A stretch of 64,000 nt of DNA from Candidatus Aminicenantes bacterium (GTDB lineage: Bacteria > Acidobacteriota > Aminicenantia > Aminicenantales > JAFGBC01): contig OY969696.1 of assembly GCA_963702005.1 (NCBI GenBank), positions 3,775,692-3,839,691 of the forward strand, read 5' to 3'. Under the pieces are notes generated by a model. That model did not search any database and was not told the DNA's origin. It saw only the letters and a program-made list of their open reading frames with translations. Position numbers and translations under genes: made by a program. This document shows positions 46,757 to 56,957 of this stretch, piece by piece. The first letter of the stretch is position 1. Every line of letters begins with the position of its first letter.

Positions 46757-46872
46757 TCCAGCGGGAGGACGTGCCTACGGGTGAAAACACCCGGAGACTG
46801 AGCGTCTTGAATGAAGGCGGCCCCTAAAAAAAGAAAGGATCGCGGACCGGCAAAATCTGATAGAATATCGTT

Positions 46873-47649
46873 ATGAGGGCGGGATCCAAGCCGTTTCTGA
46901 CCGTGATCCTCACGCTGTTCGCCGCCGGACAGGCTGCCCCCCTGCGCGCCGCGCACGTCCGGATCGAGCTGGGCGGAAGCTTCTGGACGCTCAGCCCATT
47001 CACGACTCCGATCGAGGATGAAACCAAAAAGGTCATCGAGCAGGAAATCCTCCGTTTCATGCGGCCCATCCTTAAATACATCCCGCCGCCCGAGATCCGC
47101 CAGAACCTGAACCTCGATTCGTCGGGCGTCTGCTGGTCGGCGACCGTCTGGGTCCCGCTCTATTCCGACCGGCTGGAGGCGGGGCTGAAATGCTCCGTCG
47201 TCCGGTTGCGGGTTCCCTTCACGCTGACCGTCGAGCAGGAGTATTCGATCATCGGCTATGATCTCGTACGTGTGCACGGAGCGGCCGACGGCCGCGTCCG
47301 TTTCAATACGTTCATACTTGGGCTCGTCGGCCGCTGGACCTTCCTGCGGACCGGCCGGCTCTTATGGAGCCTGACCGCCGGCGCCACGGCCTTTCCTTTC
47401 AAGGGCGACGTCGCGGGAAGCTACGAGCTGACGGCCACGACGCCCCTCGGCTCCTTGACCGCGAGCGGCAGCGACAAGGTGACGATCGACGAGCTGCGCC
47501 GGGATTATGAAGACATCCCCTCCGTTCTCATCTTTCCCTATATCTCCGCGGCCTGCGAGATCCGTCTGGCGCGCCGGGTCGGACTCGTCTTCGAAGCCGC
47601 CGTTTCCCAAGGGACGTTCCTCTCGGCAGGGCTCTCGATCGGCCTTTAG
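46873..47649 (+). CDS. Hypothetical secreted protein (possible outer-membrane beta-barrel)
   Basis: 258 aa. Signal peptide, alternating amphipathic beta-strand-like segments. I recognised no family. Confidence 0.35.
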   Translation: MRAGSKPFLTVILTLFAAGQAAPLRAAHVRIELGGSFWTLSPFTTPIEDETKKVIEQEILRFMRPILKYIPPPEIRQNLNLDSSGVCWSATVWVPLYSDRLEAGLKCSVVRLRVPFTLTVEQEYSIIGYDLVRVHGAADGRVRFNTFILGLVGRWTFLRTGRLLWSLTAGATAFPFKGDVAGSYELTATTPLGSLTASGSDKVTIDELRRDYEDIPSVLIFPYISAACEIRLARRVGLVFEAAVSQGTFLSAGLSIGL

Positions 47650-47806
47650 GGGCCGGCGGTCGCTCCCCGGCCCGGCCGGGGCGGCCTTCATCGAATCTTC
47701 ACGCCGTCTTCATCAAGAGTTTACCCGTCTCGCTTATATTAGACTCCAGACTGGCCGGACTCCCAAGATCCGGACATGAAGGAAACACCCTGAAGAGGAG
47801 TTAAAA

Positions 47807-50260
47807 ATGACCAAAGCCGATCTCCACGTCCATTCTAAATATTCCGAACATCCCTCGGAATGGTTCTTGCAGCGGCTCGGCGCCGCAGAGTCCTACACGG
47901 AGCCCGAAACCGTCTATCGGACGGCTAAGGAGCGGGGGATGGATTTCGTGACCCTGACCGACCACAACCGGATCGAGGGGTCCTTCCTTCTCCGGGAGAG
48001 CCATCCCGAGGACGTCTTATCGGGAGTCGAGGCGACCGCCTACTTCCCCGAGGACGGCTGCAAGATCCACATCCTGCTTTACGGGCTGTCTGCGGCCGAG
48101 TTCGAGGAGGTCCAACGGCTGCGGACGAACATCTATGACCTCCGCGATTACATACAAGCCCGAGGCTTGGCTTACTCGGTCGCCCACGCGACCTACTTCG
48201 TCAACGGCAAGCTCAGGCTCGATCACCTCGAGAGGCTCATGCTCTTGTTCGATGTCTTCGAGGGCAGGAACGGCGGCCGGAACCGGATCAATAACGACGC
48301 CTGGACGACGGCCCTCGGCCGGCTGACCCCGGACCGGATCGGCGACCTCCACCGCAAGTACCGGATCGAACCGATGAGCGCCGACCCCTGGATCAAGGGA
48401 TTCACCGGCGGCTCGGACGACCACGGCGCCCTGTTCATCGGGAGCACTTTCACGACGGCCGAAGCTGGGACCCCGGCTGAATTTCTCGACCGTCTCAGGT
48501 CCAAGGCGACGCTGGCCGCCGGCCGCCATAACGACTATCAGTCCCTGGCCTTCACCTTCTACAAGGTCGCCTACGACTTCTCCAAGAGCAAAAGCTCGGC
48601 CCTGACGCGCTCCTTGTTCAGCCGGGTCAGCGAGATGCTCTTCGAGAGGAAGAGCTACGGCTTTAAGGACTGGCTTCGCTCCAAAAGGCTCCGGGCCGCC
48701 CGGATGAGGAGCGAGGACCGCATCCAGGGCCGGTTCCTCGAGCTCATCGAAGCCCTCCACAAAGGCGGCGACAAACCGATCGAGGATAAAATCTCGCTCG
48801 TCTACGATAAACTGTCCGCCATCTCGGACGACTTTTTCCGGATCCTGTTCGAATCCTTCGAGCGGGATCTGGAGAACGGCGACGTCGTCGGCCTCATCCG
48901 GAACGTCTCGTCCTCGCTCCCCGGCCTCTTTCTGTCGGCCCCCTTCTTCTCAACCCTCAAGCACATGTACCAGGGCCGCGGCCTCGTCAACGAGCTCAAC
49001 GCCCGCTACGGTCCGGAACGGACGGCCGAGTCACGGAAAGTCCTCTGGTTCACGGACACGCTGACCGACCTCAACGGCGTCGCGGTAACGATTCAGGAAG
49101 TCGCCCGAACGGCCCAAGAAAAAAGCATGGACGTGCGGATCGTGACATCGCTCAGCGGCGACGGCAAGGCCAAGGACCTCCCTCCCAATATCATCAATCT
49201 CCCGGCCGTCTTCGACTTCAAGATCCCCTCCTATGAGAGCTATACCCTTCGGATCCCCTCCCTGCTGCGGGCGCTCGAGATCATCCAACGCGAGGAGCCT
49301 GAGATGGTCGTCATCTCGACCCCGGGCCCTCTTGGTCTCCTAGGGCTTCTCATCTCCAGGGTCCTCAACGTCCGGAGCGTCGGGATTTATCATACGGACT
49401 TCGCCCTGCAAGCCAAGGCCATCGTCAAGGACGAGTCCGTCGTCAAGCTTCTCGACGATTACACGCGTTGGTTCTACTCGGCCATGGACGAAATTCGGGT
49501 GCCGACCCGGGAGTACATCCAGATTCTCCGCGACCGGGGGCTCGATCCGTCTAAGATGAAGGTCTTCAACCGGGGATTGGACACGGACCTTTTTTCGCCC
49601 CGGAGGGAAGACTGGCCCCCGCTCGCCGGGCGTTGGGGGATCAGGGACGGGATCAATCTCCTCTATGTCGGCCGGGTCTCCGAGGACAAGAACCTCGACT
49701 TCCTGCTTGAAGCCTACAAGGCCGCCGCGCGGACCATCCCGGACCTGAACTTGATCATCGTCGGCGACGGCCCGTATCTCGACACGCTCGAGGGCAAAGT
49801 CAAGTCCATGCCCAGGGTCGTCCTGACGGGGCGGCTGAGCCAGGAGGAACTCCCCTGGGTTTATTCTCATTCCGACTTGTTCCTTTTCCCGAGCACCACC
49901 GACACATTCGGAATGGCCGTCCTCGAGGCGCAGGCCTGCGGTCTGCCCGCCCTCGTTTCGGACGCGGGAGGACCACAAGAAATCGTAGCTCACGGCCGGA
50001 CCGGATGGGTCGTCTCCACCCGCAGCGTCCAGGACTGGCGGGACGAGATCGAGCAGTTCGTCAAGCTCGCCCGGACGCGACAGGATCGGCTCATCGCCAT
50101 CAAGACCGAAGCGCGGCGCAAGGCCATCCAGAACACGGACTGGGCGAGTCTCCTCAAGGACCTCATCGGAGACGCCCCAGCCAAGGACAAAGTGGATAAG
50201 GGCGCGGACGGTGGGGCCTTCCCCCTGATGGGGACCCCGATCGCCGCCTGCGAAGGCTGA
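47807..50260 (+). CDS. Fusion protein: N-terminal PHP (polymerase/histidinol-phosphatase-type metal-dependent phosphoesterase) domain plus C-terminal GT4 (group 1) glycosyltransferase
   Basis: 817 aa. PHP motifs DLHVHS…, VTLTDHN, HILLYG…H. GT-B C-terminal domain with the E-x7-E-like FPSTTDTFGMAVLEAQACGLPALVSDAGG. Confidence 0.7.
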   Translation: MTKADLHVHSKYSEHPSEWFLQRLGAAESYTEPETVYRTAKERGMDFVTLTDHNRIEGSFLLRESHPEDVLSGVEATAYFPEDGCKIHILLYGLSAAEFEEVQRLRTNIYDLRDYIQARGLAYSVAHATYFVNGKLRLDHLERLMLLFDVFEGRNGGRNRINNDAWTTALGRLTPDRIGDLHRKYRIEPMSADPWIKGFTGGSDDHGALFIGSTFTTAEAGTPAEFLDRLRSKATLAAGRHNDYQSLAFTFYKVAYDFSKSKSSALTRSLFSRVSEMLFERKSYGFKDWLRSKRLRAARMRSEDRIQGRFLELIEALHKGGDKPIEDKISLVYDKLSAISDDFFRILFESFERDLENGDVVGLIRNVSSSLPGLFLSAPFFSTLKHMYQGRGLVNELNARYGPERTAESRKVLWFTDTLTDLNGVAVTIQEVARTAQEKSMDVRIVTSLSGDGKAKDLPPNIINLPAVFDFKIPSYESYTLRIPSLLRALEIIQREEPEMVVISTPGPLGLLGLLISRVLNVRSVGIYHTDFALQAKAIVKDESVVKLLDDYTRWFYSAMDEIRVPTREYIQILRDRGLDPSKMKVFNRGLDTDLFSPRREDWPPLAGRWGIRDGINLLYVGRVSEDKNLDFLLEAYKAAARTIPDLNLIIVGDGPYLDTLEGKVKSMPRVVLTGRLSQEELPWVYSHSDLFLFPSTTDTFGMAVLEAQACGLPALVSDAGGPQEIVAHGRTGWVVSTRSVQDWRDEIEQFVKLARTRQDRLIAIKTEARRKAIQNTDWASLLKDLIGDAPAKDKVDKGADGGAFPLMGTPIAACEG

Positions 50261-50293
50261 CGCGGGGCCAGGCGGAGCTCGACCGCCTCAGGA

Positions 50294-51454
50294 TTAAACG
50301 ACGAGCCGGGGAATCAGGGGGTTGATCCGGGCCACGATCTCGTAGGCGATCGTCCCGGCCGTCATCGCGAGCTGTTCGGCCGTGATCCGCTCCCGGCCGC
50401 TCGCCCCAAGCAGCACGACCTCGTCCTCGAGCCCAACGCCCGAAATATCCGTGACGTCGGCCGTGATGAAGTCCATGGCGACGCGGCCGCGCAGCGGCGC
50501 CCTCTGGCCGCGGATTAAAACGTGAGCCGCGTTGGACAATCCCCGATCGTAACCGTCGTAGTAGCCGACCGGGATGACGGCCAAGGTCGTTCGCCGGGTC
50601 GCCCGGAAGCTGCAGCCGTAGCCGACCGCGGCGCCCTTGGCGATCCGTTTGACCTGGGCGATCCGCGCTTTCCAGGACAGGGCGGGCTCGAGAGTCAACG
50701 GTTCCCGCTTGTCGAGGATGCAGGACAGGTAGGTCTCCTTCGAGGGCCAAAGACCGTAGAGTCCGATCCCGACCCGGACCATGTCGAAATAGGTTTCGGG
50801 GAAGAGGATGGTCGCCGCCGTGCAGGACATGTGTTTGATCGGAACCGCGATTCCCGCCCCTTCCAGCGCGCGGACGGCCCTCTCGAAGAACGCGAGCTGC
50901 CGCTGCGGATAGCTATGGTCCGTAGTGTCCTCGATGTTCGCGAAATGGGAGGAGAGCCCCTCCAGGACGAGCCCGGAGCGCCTTTGGATGGAACGGGCGA
51001 AAGCGGCGAGGTCGCCCCCGAGGACGCCCTGGCGGTTGGTCCCAGTTTCGACCTTGATGTGAAGGTAAGCTTTTTTCCCGAGCCGGCGGCAGGAGGCCGC
51101 CAAGCGGCCGATCGTTTCCTTGTTATAGACGGTCAAGCGGAGTCCGCGCGCGACGGCCTCCTCAAGCTCGCCGAGCGGCACGTAGCCAAGGACCAGGATG
51201 GGGGCGCGGAGGCCGACTCGTCGGAGTCCGACGCCCTCCTCGAGCGAGTTGACGCCGAGCCAGTCCGCCCCGGCCTCGAGGACGATCCGCGAGACGTCGA
51301 GGATACCGTGGCCATAAGCGTTGGCTTTGACGACGGCCAGGAGCTTGCGGCCGCGCCCGACGCGCCGCCGGAACTGAGAGACGTTGTCGGTCAGGGCTTT
51401 GCGGCTGAGTTCGATCCACTGGGCGAGCCCGACCCGCCCGCCTCCGGCCTTCAT
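50294..51454 (-). CDS. alr: Alanine racemase
   Basis: PLP-Lys motif AVVKANAYGHG. Start at MKAGGG, overlapping the purA stop (ATGA). Confidence 0.85.
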   Translation of the reverse strand: MKAGGGRVGLAQWIELSRKALTDNVSQFRRRVGRGRKLLAVVKANAYGHGILDVSRIVLEAGADWLGVNSLEEGVGLRRVGLRAPILVLGYVPLGELEEAVARGLRLTVYNKETIGRLAASCRRLGKKAYLHIKVETGTNRQGVLGGDLAAFARSIQRRSGLVLEGLSSHFANIEDTTDHSYPQRQLAFFERAVRALEGAGIAVPIKHMSCTAATILFPETYFDMVRVGIGLYGLWPSKETYLSCILDKREPLTLEPALSWKARIAQVKRIAKGAAVGYGCSFRATRRTTLAVIPVGYYDGYDRGLSNAAHVLIRGQRAPLRGRVAMDFITADVTDISGVGLEDEVVLLGASGRERITAEQLAMTAGTIAYEIVARINPLIPRLVV

Positions 51455-52782
51455 CGACTGATCCCGGCCTTGATTCGGTCGAGCCGAACGCCGGCCGGCC
51501 ACAGTTTGTCGAGGAGGATCGTGTCCTCCCGCTCGACGCCCGTCGAGACCAGGGCGATTTTGGCCTCGACCAGGTCTTCGATCGTCCGGATATAATCCTT
51601 GAAGGCGGCCGGAAGCTTGGCATAGTCCCGCGCCTTGTGGACGGAATTCCGCCAGCCCGGAAGCGTCCGGTATTCGGGGACCGCCTTCTCCAAGATCCAG
51701 AGCTCGGCCGGGAAACCCGGCAGGCGGCCGCCCTTGTAGCGGTAGCCCGTGCAGACCCGGATTTCATCCAACTCCTCGAGGACGTCGGGCTTGGTCAAGG
51801 CCAGGCGATCGATCCCGTTGACGCGGCAGGCGTAGGCGACGGCGACGGCGTCGAACCAGCCGCAGCGCCGGGGCCGTCCTGTCGTCGCCCCAAACTCGTC
51901 GCCGCGGGCGGCGATCCGCTTCCCGACATCGTCGTTGAGCTCGGTCGGGAACGGGCCGCTTCCGACTCGCGTCGTATAGGCCTTGACGACGCCGAGCGCG
52001 AACTGGATCTCGCGCGGGCCGATCCCGAGCCCGGTCGAAACGCCGCCGGCCGAAGCGCTCGACGAGGTCACGTAAGGATACGTTCCATGGTCGATGTCGA
52101 GAAGGACGCCCTGGGCGCCCTCGAATAGGACGGCCTTCCCCGCCTTGATCTCGCGGGCGAGGAGGAGCGAAGTGTCTTTGATGAACGGCTCCATCTCGCG
52201 GGCATATCCGGCGTATTCCTTGAAGACGTCCTCGGCGTCGAGGGGCGCGGCGCCGTGGAATCCGAAGAATTCGTTGGCGAGCCCGACGTTCTCCCGGATC
52301 TTGGCCCGGAGGACGTCGAGGTCGAGCAGGTCGCCGGCTCGGATGCCGCGCCGCGCGGCCTTGTCCTCGTAGGCGGGCCCGATTCCCTGGCAGGTCGTCC
52401 CGATCTTCTGCTCGCCCCGCCGCTCCTCGTCGATCCTCTCCCGGAGGGGGTGGTAGGGCATGATGAGGTGGGCCCGGCGGCTGATGGCCAGGTTGGTCTC
52501 GTCGATGCGGATGTCACGGGCGGCCAGGTCGGCCCTCTCCTTGAGGAAAGCCCGGGGCGAGACGACCAGCCCGTTCCCGATGACGCAGAGCGTCCCGGGC
52601 CGGAGGATCCCCGAGGGGATGAGGTGGAGGACGACCTTGCGGCCGCCGACGTAGACCGTGTGGCCCGCGTTGTGGCCGCCCTGGTAACGGGCGACGATAT
52701 CGAAGGCGGGCGTCAGGAGGTCGACGACCTTGCCCTTGCCTTCGTCACCCCACTGGGTGCCGACGACCAGAACGTTTGCCAT
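51451..52782 (-). CDS. purA: Adenylosuccinate synthase
   Basis: 443 aa. N-terminal GTQWGDEGKGK P-loop. Confidence 0.9.
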   Translation of the reverse strand: MANVLVVGTQWGDEGKGKVVDLLTPAFDIVARYQGGHNAGHTVYVGGRKVVLHLIPSGILRPGTLCVIGNGLVVSPRAFLKERADLAARDIRIDETNLAISRRAHLIMPYHPLRERIDEERRGEQKIGTTCQGIGPAYEDKAARRGIRAGDLLDLDVLRAKIRENVGLANEFFGFHGAAPLDAEDVFKEYAGYAREMEPFIKDTSLLLAREIKAGKAVLFEGAQGVLLDIDHGTYPYVTSSSASAGGVSTGLGIGPREIQFALGVVKAYTTRVGSGPFPTELNDDVGKRIAARGDEFGATTGRPRRCGWFDAVAVAYACRVNGIDRLALTKPDVLEELDEIRVCTGYRYKGGRLPGFPAELWILEKAVPEYRTLPGWRNSVHKARDYAKLPAAFKDYIRTIEDLVEAKIALVSTGVEREDTILLDKLWPAGVRLDRIKAGISR

Positions 52783-52940
52783 GCCTATCCTCTCGATGGT
52801 TTATCTTGGGCGGGTGGACCGCGGAGGAGTTTACCAGAAGTCGCCTCTCAGCACAAGACTCCCGCCCTGAAAGGTAAGTATCTTTCAAAACCCTCTTCAG
52901 GAAATCACCCAATTTGAGATGCTTCCCCCGGAATTCCGTT

Positions 52941-55907
52941 TCAATAAGCCCAAAGCTCGACCGGGCCGAGCAGGCCGGACGGCAGAAGCGCGTCCCCCGG
53001 CTTGAACGGATTCCAGGTGGTCCAAGCTATTCGCTTTTCGGGCGGAAGCCCGGCGTCGCCGATGAGGCGGTTGCACCACAAGTTAGCGATTTCGATTTCG
53101 AGCTCGTTGCCTTGCGCCTTCAGCAGTCCGGCCGGCACTTCCACCCGCCACGGCGCGCACCATACCACGCCCAGGTCGCGTCCGTTGAGCTTCACGCGGG
53201 CAAGGTCGTGGACGGCGCCGAGACCGAGAAAGAGGCGGCCGCCGTTGGGCGATCCCGGGCCAACGAACGTCTTTCGATACACCGCCTTGCCGCTGTAGTA
53301 CCGTATCTTCTCATCCGGATGGCCCGACCAATCTTCCAATTTTCCGAACGCCACGGCGCCGGCCGGCCCGCCGCGCGCCGGGTCGAACCGCACCTCCCAT
53401 GGCCCCGTCAGTTCCAAAATCATCTTCGCCGGCGGCTCCTCTTTTTTCTCCTGGATCCGGTATCCGGCGACCGGCGTCTTCTCCCGGAACACCACGAACA
53501 GGCTGCCGTACTCCGCGAAGTCGAGCGGCACCAGGGTTCGCCCGTTGTCCGCGCGCCAGCCGGAGGCCGGACGGGTATCGCCCGACAAAGGATCCCAGAA
53601 CTCGGGAATTTTCCCGCTCAGGCGGAAAGCGCCGACCGTGGAACGGGGCGAGTCCGTCTTGTTGGCGATATAATAGATGTCGCTATCGCCGTCCACTCGA
53701 TGGGTGTAGCGCAGGCCGCCGTCCTCGGCCTCGAAATCGCGCGGGAGGCCCATGCTCAGCAGCAGGCGCGCGACCGGCTCATAGCCGGGATAGAGGTCGG
53801 ACGGAGCCGGCGAGAACTCCCCGCCCCAGAGGACGAGCCCCTTGCCCGCCGCGCGTTTCGTGACGGTCGCGGGCGGCTCCTCGGTCCGGCCCCAGATTTC
53901 CCGGGCCAGCGATTGCACCTCATCGTCGCAGCGGGGATAGCCCGACAGGCTGGGCGACTTGCGCGGCGGCGTTCCGATCACGACGGCGCCCGCCTCGACC
54001 AGTTGCCGGACCTTGCGCAGAAGCGTTGGCGTTATCGTGTCGAACGCCGGCAACACGAGCAGGCGATAGCTCGCGCCGTCCGGCGTAACCACCCGCCCAT
54101 CCTTCACGCTCATACGCTCGAGCAGGGTCCCCGGGGCGCAGCCGTCGAAGTTGTACCCCCGGCGGTCGGGCATGAGCGGCTCGCCCTCCAGCGCCGATCG
54201 CGGCGGACGGAACACGTGCGGAGCGCCCTCGGGGGCGAGGTAGCAGATGTCGGCGACGGTGCGCCCCTTCTGCAGAAGGTACTGGCAACGGGCGAGGTAG
54301 GAATGGAAGGCGGGCGCCATGTCCCACCACGTCTGGGTGCGCTCCCAGTGCACGCCGTAGGGCCCCATGGTCATTCCGGGGAACCGATCCAGCCAAGGCT
54401 GGTGCGCCCAGCGGTGGAAGACGATCCGGTTGATGCCCATGCACAAGGCCCAGTCGGCCTGCGGCTTCATCGCGCCGGGGTAAAGCTGCCAACGTTCATC
54501 GGAGCCGGAGGTGAAAGCCTCCGCCGCCACCACCGGCCGCCCCCGGGTGTGGGCGATGGAAGCCGCCTCGATGCAGCTGTAGGCGGTGTCGAAGCCGAAG
54601 CCGTTCGCCCAGAACTCGCCCATCGGCACGTCCGCGACACCCCCCAATTCCAGGTCCGCGCAGGGATTCATGTCGTAGGGCTCGATCGAAAGGCCGAAGC
54701 CGTGGCGCCTCCCGAGCTCACGCAGGCGGCGCGCATGGTTCTCGATGATCAGCTCCTGGGACGTCTGCCGCAAGTCCCATAGAAACCTTTCCGTGATTTC
54801 ACGACTCTCCACCAGCCGGCCCGTCACGGCCGGCAGGTAGCGGAGCGGGTCGTAGCCGCGGCGGCGCCTGAATTCCTCGCGGAAAGCGGCGGACCAGTTT
54901 TGCGCGCTCATCTCCCAGCTGTCGATGTGCAGCATCGTCCAGCCGGCTTGGGAGGGAATCTTGCGCGGCCCGAGCGTCTTCAGCAGGGACCCCACGAAGG
55001 CCTCGAAGTGGGCGTCGAGGGCGGATCTGTCGAACTTGTCGCACTCCAGCCCGAGACCGGGCAACGGGGCCGGCCGCGTGTTGGCGCCCGTGCTGGTGCG
55101 GCAGAAACGGAGGATCGTCCACTTCCCCGCGGGCACATCCCAGACGAGACGTCCGTCGGGCCGTAATTTATCGGTCAAGTCCACGATCCGCCCGACAGCC
55201 ACGGCCGATCCCGACGGCGCCGCCGGGTACTCCGCCGGGGCGGGCAGAAACGGCTTCACCCCCGCGAGGGAGGAATAGGGATCCCGCTTATAGAAGGCCT
55301 TCTCGTCGATATCGGCGATCCGCTCCGCGCCCGCCGGGGTCGGGAAGGCCAGAACGGCGACGTCGCGATAGAATTCCTTACGCGAGGTCTCGAGTTCCGG
55401 CGGCAGAGTCGAACCGAAGTAGGGAGGGCGCGGCTCGGGCCGGGGCAGGACGGCGTCGAAACGTTTCGGGCCCTCCGTTTCGATCTCGCCGGCGACGATG
55501 TGCTGCATGGACTGTTCGGGCTTGACCCACGGCCCGCCGCTGCCGGTCCAGCCCGGCCCGGCGTTCAGCACGATCTCGAGTCCCAGTCGTTCCGCTTCCC
55601 GGACGGCGTGCGCGAACCGTTCGCGCCATTCCGGGCTCATGAACTTCACCGGCCCCTTGGGGATACCCACGTCGACTTCCATCAGCGTGAACCCGCCGAG
55701 TCCGGCGGCCTTCATGGCCTCGAGGTCGGCGGTCATCCCCTCCCGGCCCAGGTTGCCGTCCATGATCATCATGTAAGCCCACGGCTTCGCGGAGTCGGGC
55801 GGCCGGCGGAAGCCGTCCTTGAGGTCGTCCGACCAAATTCCGATGGAGGCGAACGCGAGCAGAATCGGCAGGGAAGCAAGACGCTTGGGCATGGTCCCGC
55901 TTGTCAA
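52941..55907 (-). CDS. Large secreted glycoside hydrolase, GH106-like (putative alpha-L-rhamnosidase family) with a C-terminal GH2-type sugar-binding domain
   Basis: 988 aa. Signal peptide. N-terminal F-RPP…KPWAYMMIMDGNL…ADLEAMKAAGLGGF pattern resembling Glyco_hydro_106. Confidence 0.45.
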   Translation of the reverse strand: MTSGTMPKRLASLPILLAFASIGIWSDDLKDGFRRPPDSAKPWAYMMIMDGNLGREGMTADLEAMKAAGLGGFTLMEVDVGIPKGPVKFMSPEWRERFAHAVREAERLGLEIVLNAGPGWTGSGGPWVKPEQSMQHIVAGEIETEGPKRFDAVLPRPEPRPPYFGSTLPPELETSRKEFYRDVAVLAFPTPAGAERIADIDEKAFYKRDPYSSLAGVKPFLPAPAEYPAAPSGSAVAVGRIVDLTDKLRPDGRLVWDVPAGKWTILRFCRTSTGANTRPAPLPGLGLECDKFDRSALDAHFEAFVGSLLKTLGPRKIPSQAGWTMLHIDSWEMSAQNWSAAFREEFRRRRGYDPLRYLPAVTGRLVESREITERFLWDLRQTSQELIIENHARRLRELGRRHGFGLSIEPYDMNPCADLELGGVADVPMGEFWANGFGFDTAYSCIEAASIAHTRGRPVVAAEAFTSGSDERWQLYPGAMKPQADWALCMGINRIVFHRWAHQPWLDRFPGMTMGPYGVHWERTQTWWDMAPAFHSYLARCQYLLQKGRTVADICYLAPEGAPHVFRPPRSALEGEPLMPDRRGYNFDGCAPGTLLERMSVKDGRVVTPDGASYRLLVLPAFDTITPTLLRKVRQLVEAGAVVIGTPPRKSPSLSGYPRCDDEVQSLAREIWGRTEEPPATVTKRAAGKGLVLWGGEFSPAPSDLYPGYEPVARLLLSMGLPRDFEAEDGGLRYTHRVDGDSDIYYIANKTDSPRSTVGAFRLSGKIPEFWDPLSGDTRPASGWRADNGRTLVPLDFAEYGSLFVVFREKTPVAGYRIQEKKEEPPAKMILELTGPWEVRFDPARGGPAGAVAFGKLEDWSGHPDEKIRYYSGKAVYRKTFVGPGSPNGGRLFLGLGAVHDLARVKLNGRDLGVVWCAPWRVEVPAGLLKAQGNELEIEIANLWCNRLIGDAGLPPEKRIAWTTWNPFKPGDALLPSGLLGPVELWAY

Positions 55908-56944
55908 AACTTGAAGGCGATCTGGGCGGTCAGCAGGTCATCGCTCCGCGCCGGGCCGGCCTCGCGGTTGAAGTCGTACTCGACCTTGAAGATCAGGTAG
56001 GGGAGCGGCGCGTAGAGGACCTCGAGCGCCCAGCGGTTCCTGTTCTCGTCGATTCCCAGCCCGGCCACGTCGGGCGCCAGGAAACCGGCGCCGTGGAAGC
56101 GGTCCTTATACTTGATCCCCTGGCGGCTCAATACGAACGATACCGGGTCGAAGGGGAAAAAGAGCTGGACGTGATACCCCTGGCATTTGCCCCGGCCGTA
56201 GGGCGAGGGGTTATCCAGCCAGGCCTGGATGTACTCGGCCAGGATCTGGAAGTTGGAGGTCTTCCAGCTCGCGTCCGCGGCTTGGAGGATGAGCTTACGG
56301 CGATTCCGGTCGTCGACCTTCCCCCTGTATAAAGAATAGCCGAGCTCGATCGTATCGATATGGACGCCGGCCCGCCCGCCGAAGCCCTTGTCGGCGTTCC
56401 GGTCCCGGAACTGCTGGCCGTCCTTGAGGCGGGCCCCCTCCCCGAGCCCGTTTCCGGCGTAGACGGCATAGTCCAGGAAATCGATCCGGCCCTCCGCGCA
56501 GAGTCCGATCTCCCGCCAGCTCGCCGGGTAGGCCTCCTCGACGATCAGCGGGACGCGGGCCAGGGCCTGCTCGTAGGGACGGTTGGACGTGTTGTAGATC
56601 CCGAAGGGGACGAGGAACAGCCCGGCCCTGATCCGGACCGCCCGCGAGAAATTGAAGCGGAGGAAGGCCTGCTCCAGCGAGAACGCGCCCTCGCTCCGGA
56701 AACGGGACTCGAGCGTGTAATCCCACCCCCCCTCGAACTGGCCGGAGAAGGTAAGCCCGGCCTGGAGGTTTTGGGCGCTCCCCTGATGGTAGGAGCTCAG
56801 GCGCTGGCCTTTAAGGAAGTCGAAAGAGCAATACCCGGACGTCTGGAGGGCGGTCTCTTTCTTCTGATCCTGCTCCGTCTGCGCCGAGAGCAGGAAGCTG
56901 ATCCAGCCGAAGAGAAGCAAGGTCAGGACTGCGATGCGTTTCAT
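55904..56944 (-). CDS. Outer-membrane beta-barrel protein (porin-like)
   Basis: 346 aa. Signal peptide, alternating beta-strand pattern, C-terminal …IAFKF (terminal Phe). Confidence 0.5.
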   Translation of the reverse strand: MKRIAVLTLLLFGWISFLLSAQTEQDQKKETALQTSGYCSFDFLKGQRLSSYHQGSAQNLQAGLTFSGQFEGGWDYTLESRFRSEGAFSLEQAFLRFNFSRAVRIRAGLFLVPFGIYNTSNRPYEQALARVPLIVEEAYPASWREIGLCAEGRIDFLDYAVYAGNGLGEGARLKDGQQFRDRNADKGFGGRAGVHIDTIELGYSLYRGKVDDRNRRKLILQAADASWKTSNFQILAEYIQAWLDNPSPYGRGKCQGYHVQLFFPFDPVSFVLSRQGIKYKDRFHGAGFLAPDVAGLGIDENRNRWALEVLYAPLPYLIFKVEYDFNREAGPARSDDLLTAQIAFKF

Positions 56945-56957
56945 GGACAGGGCCCTT

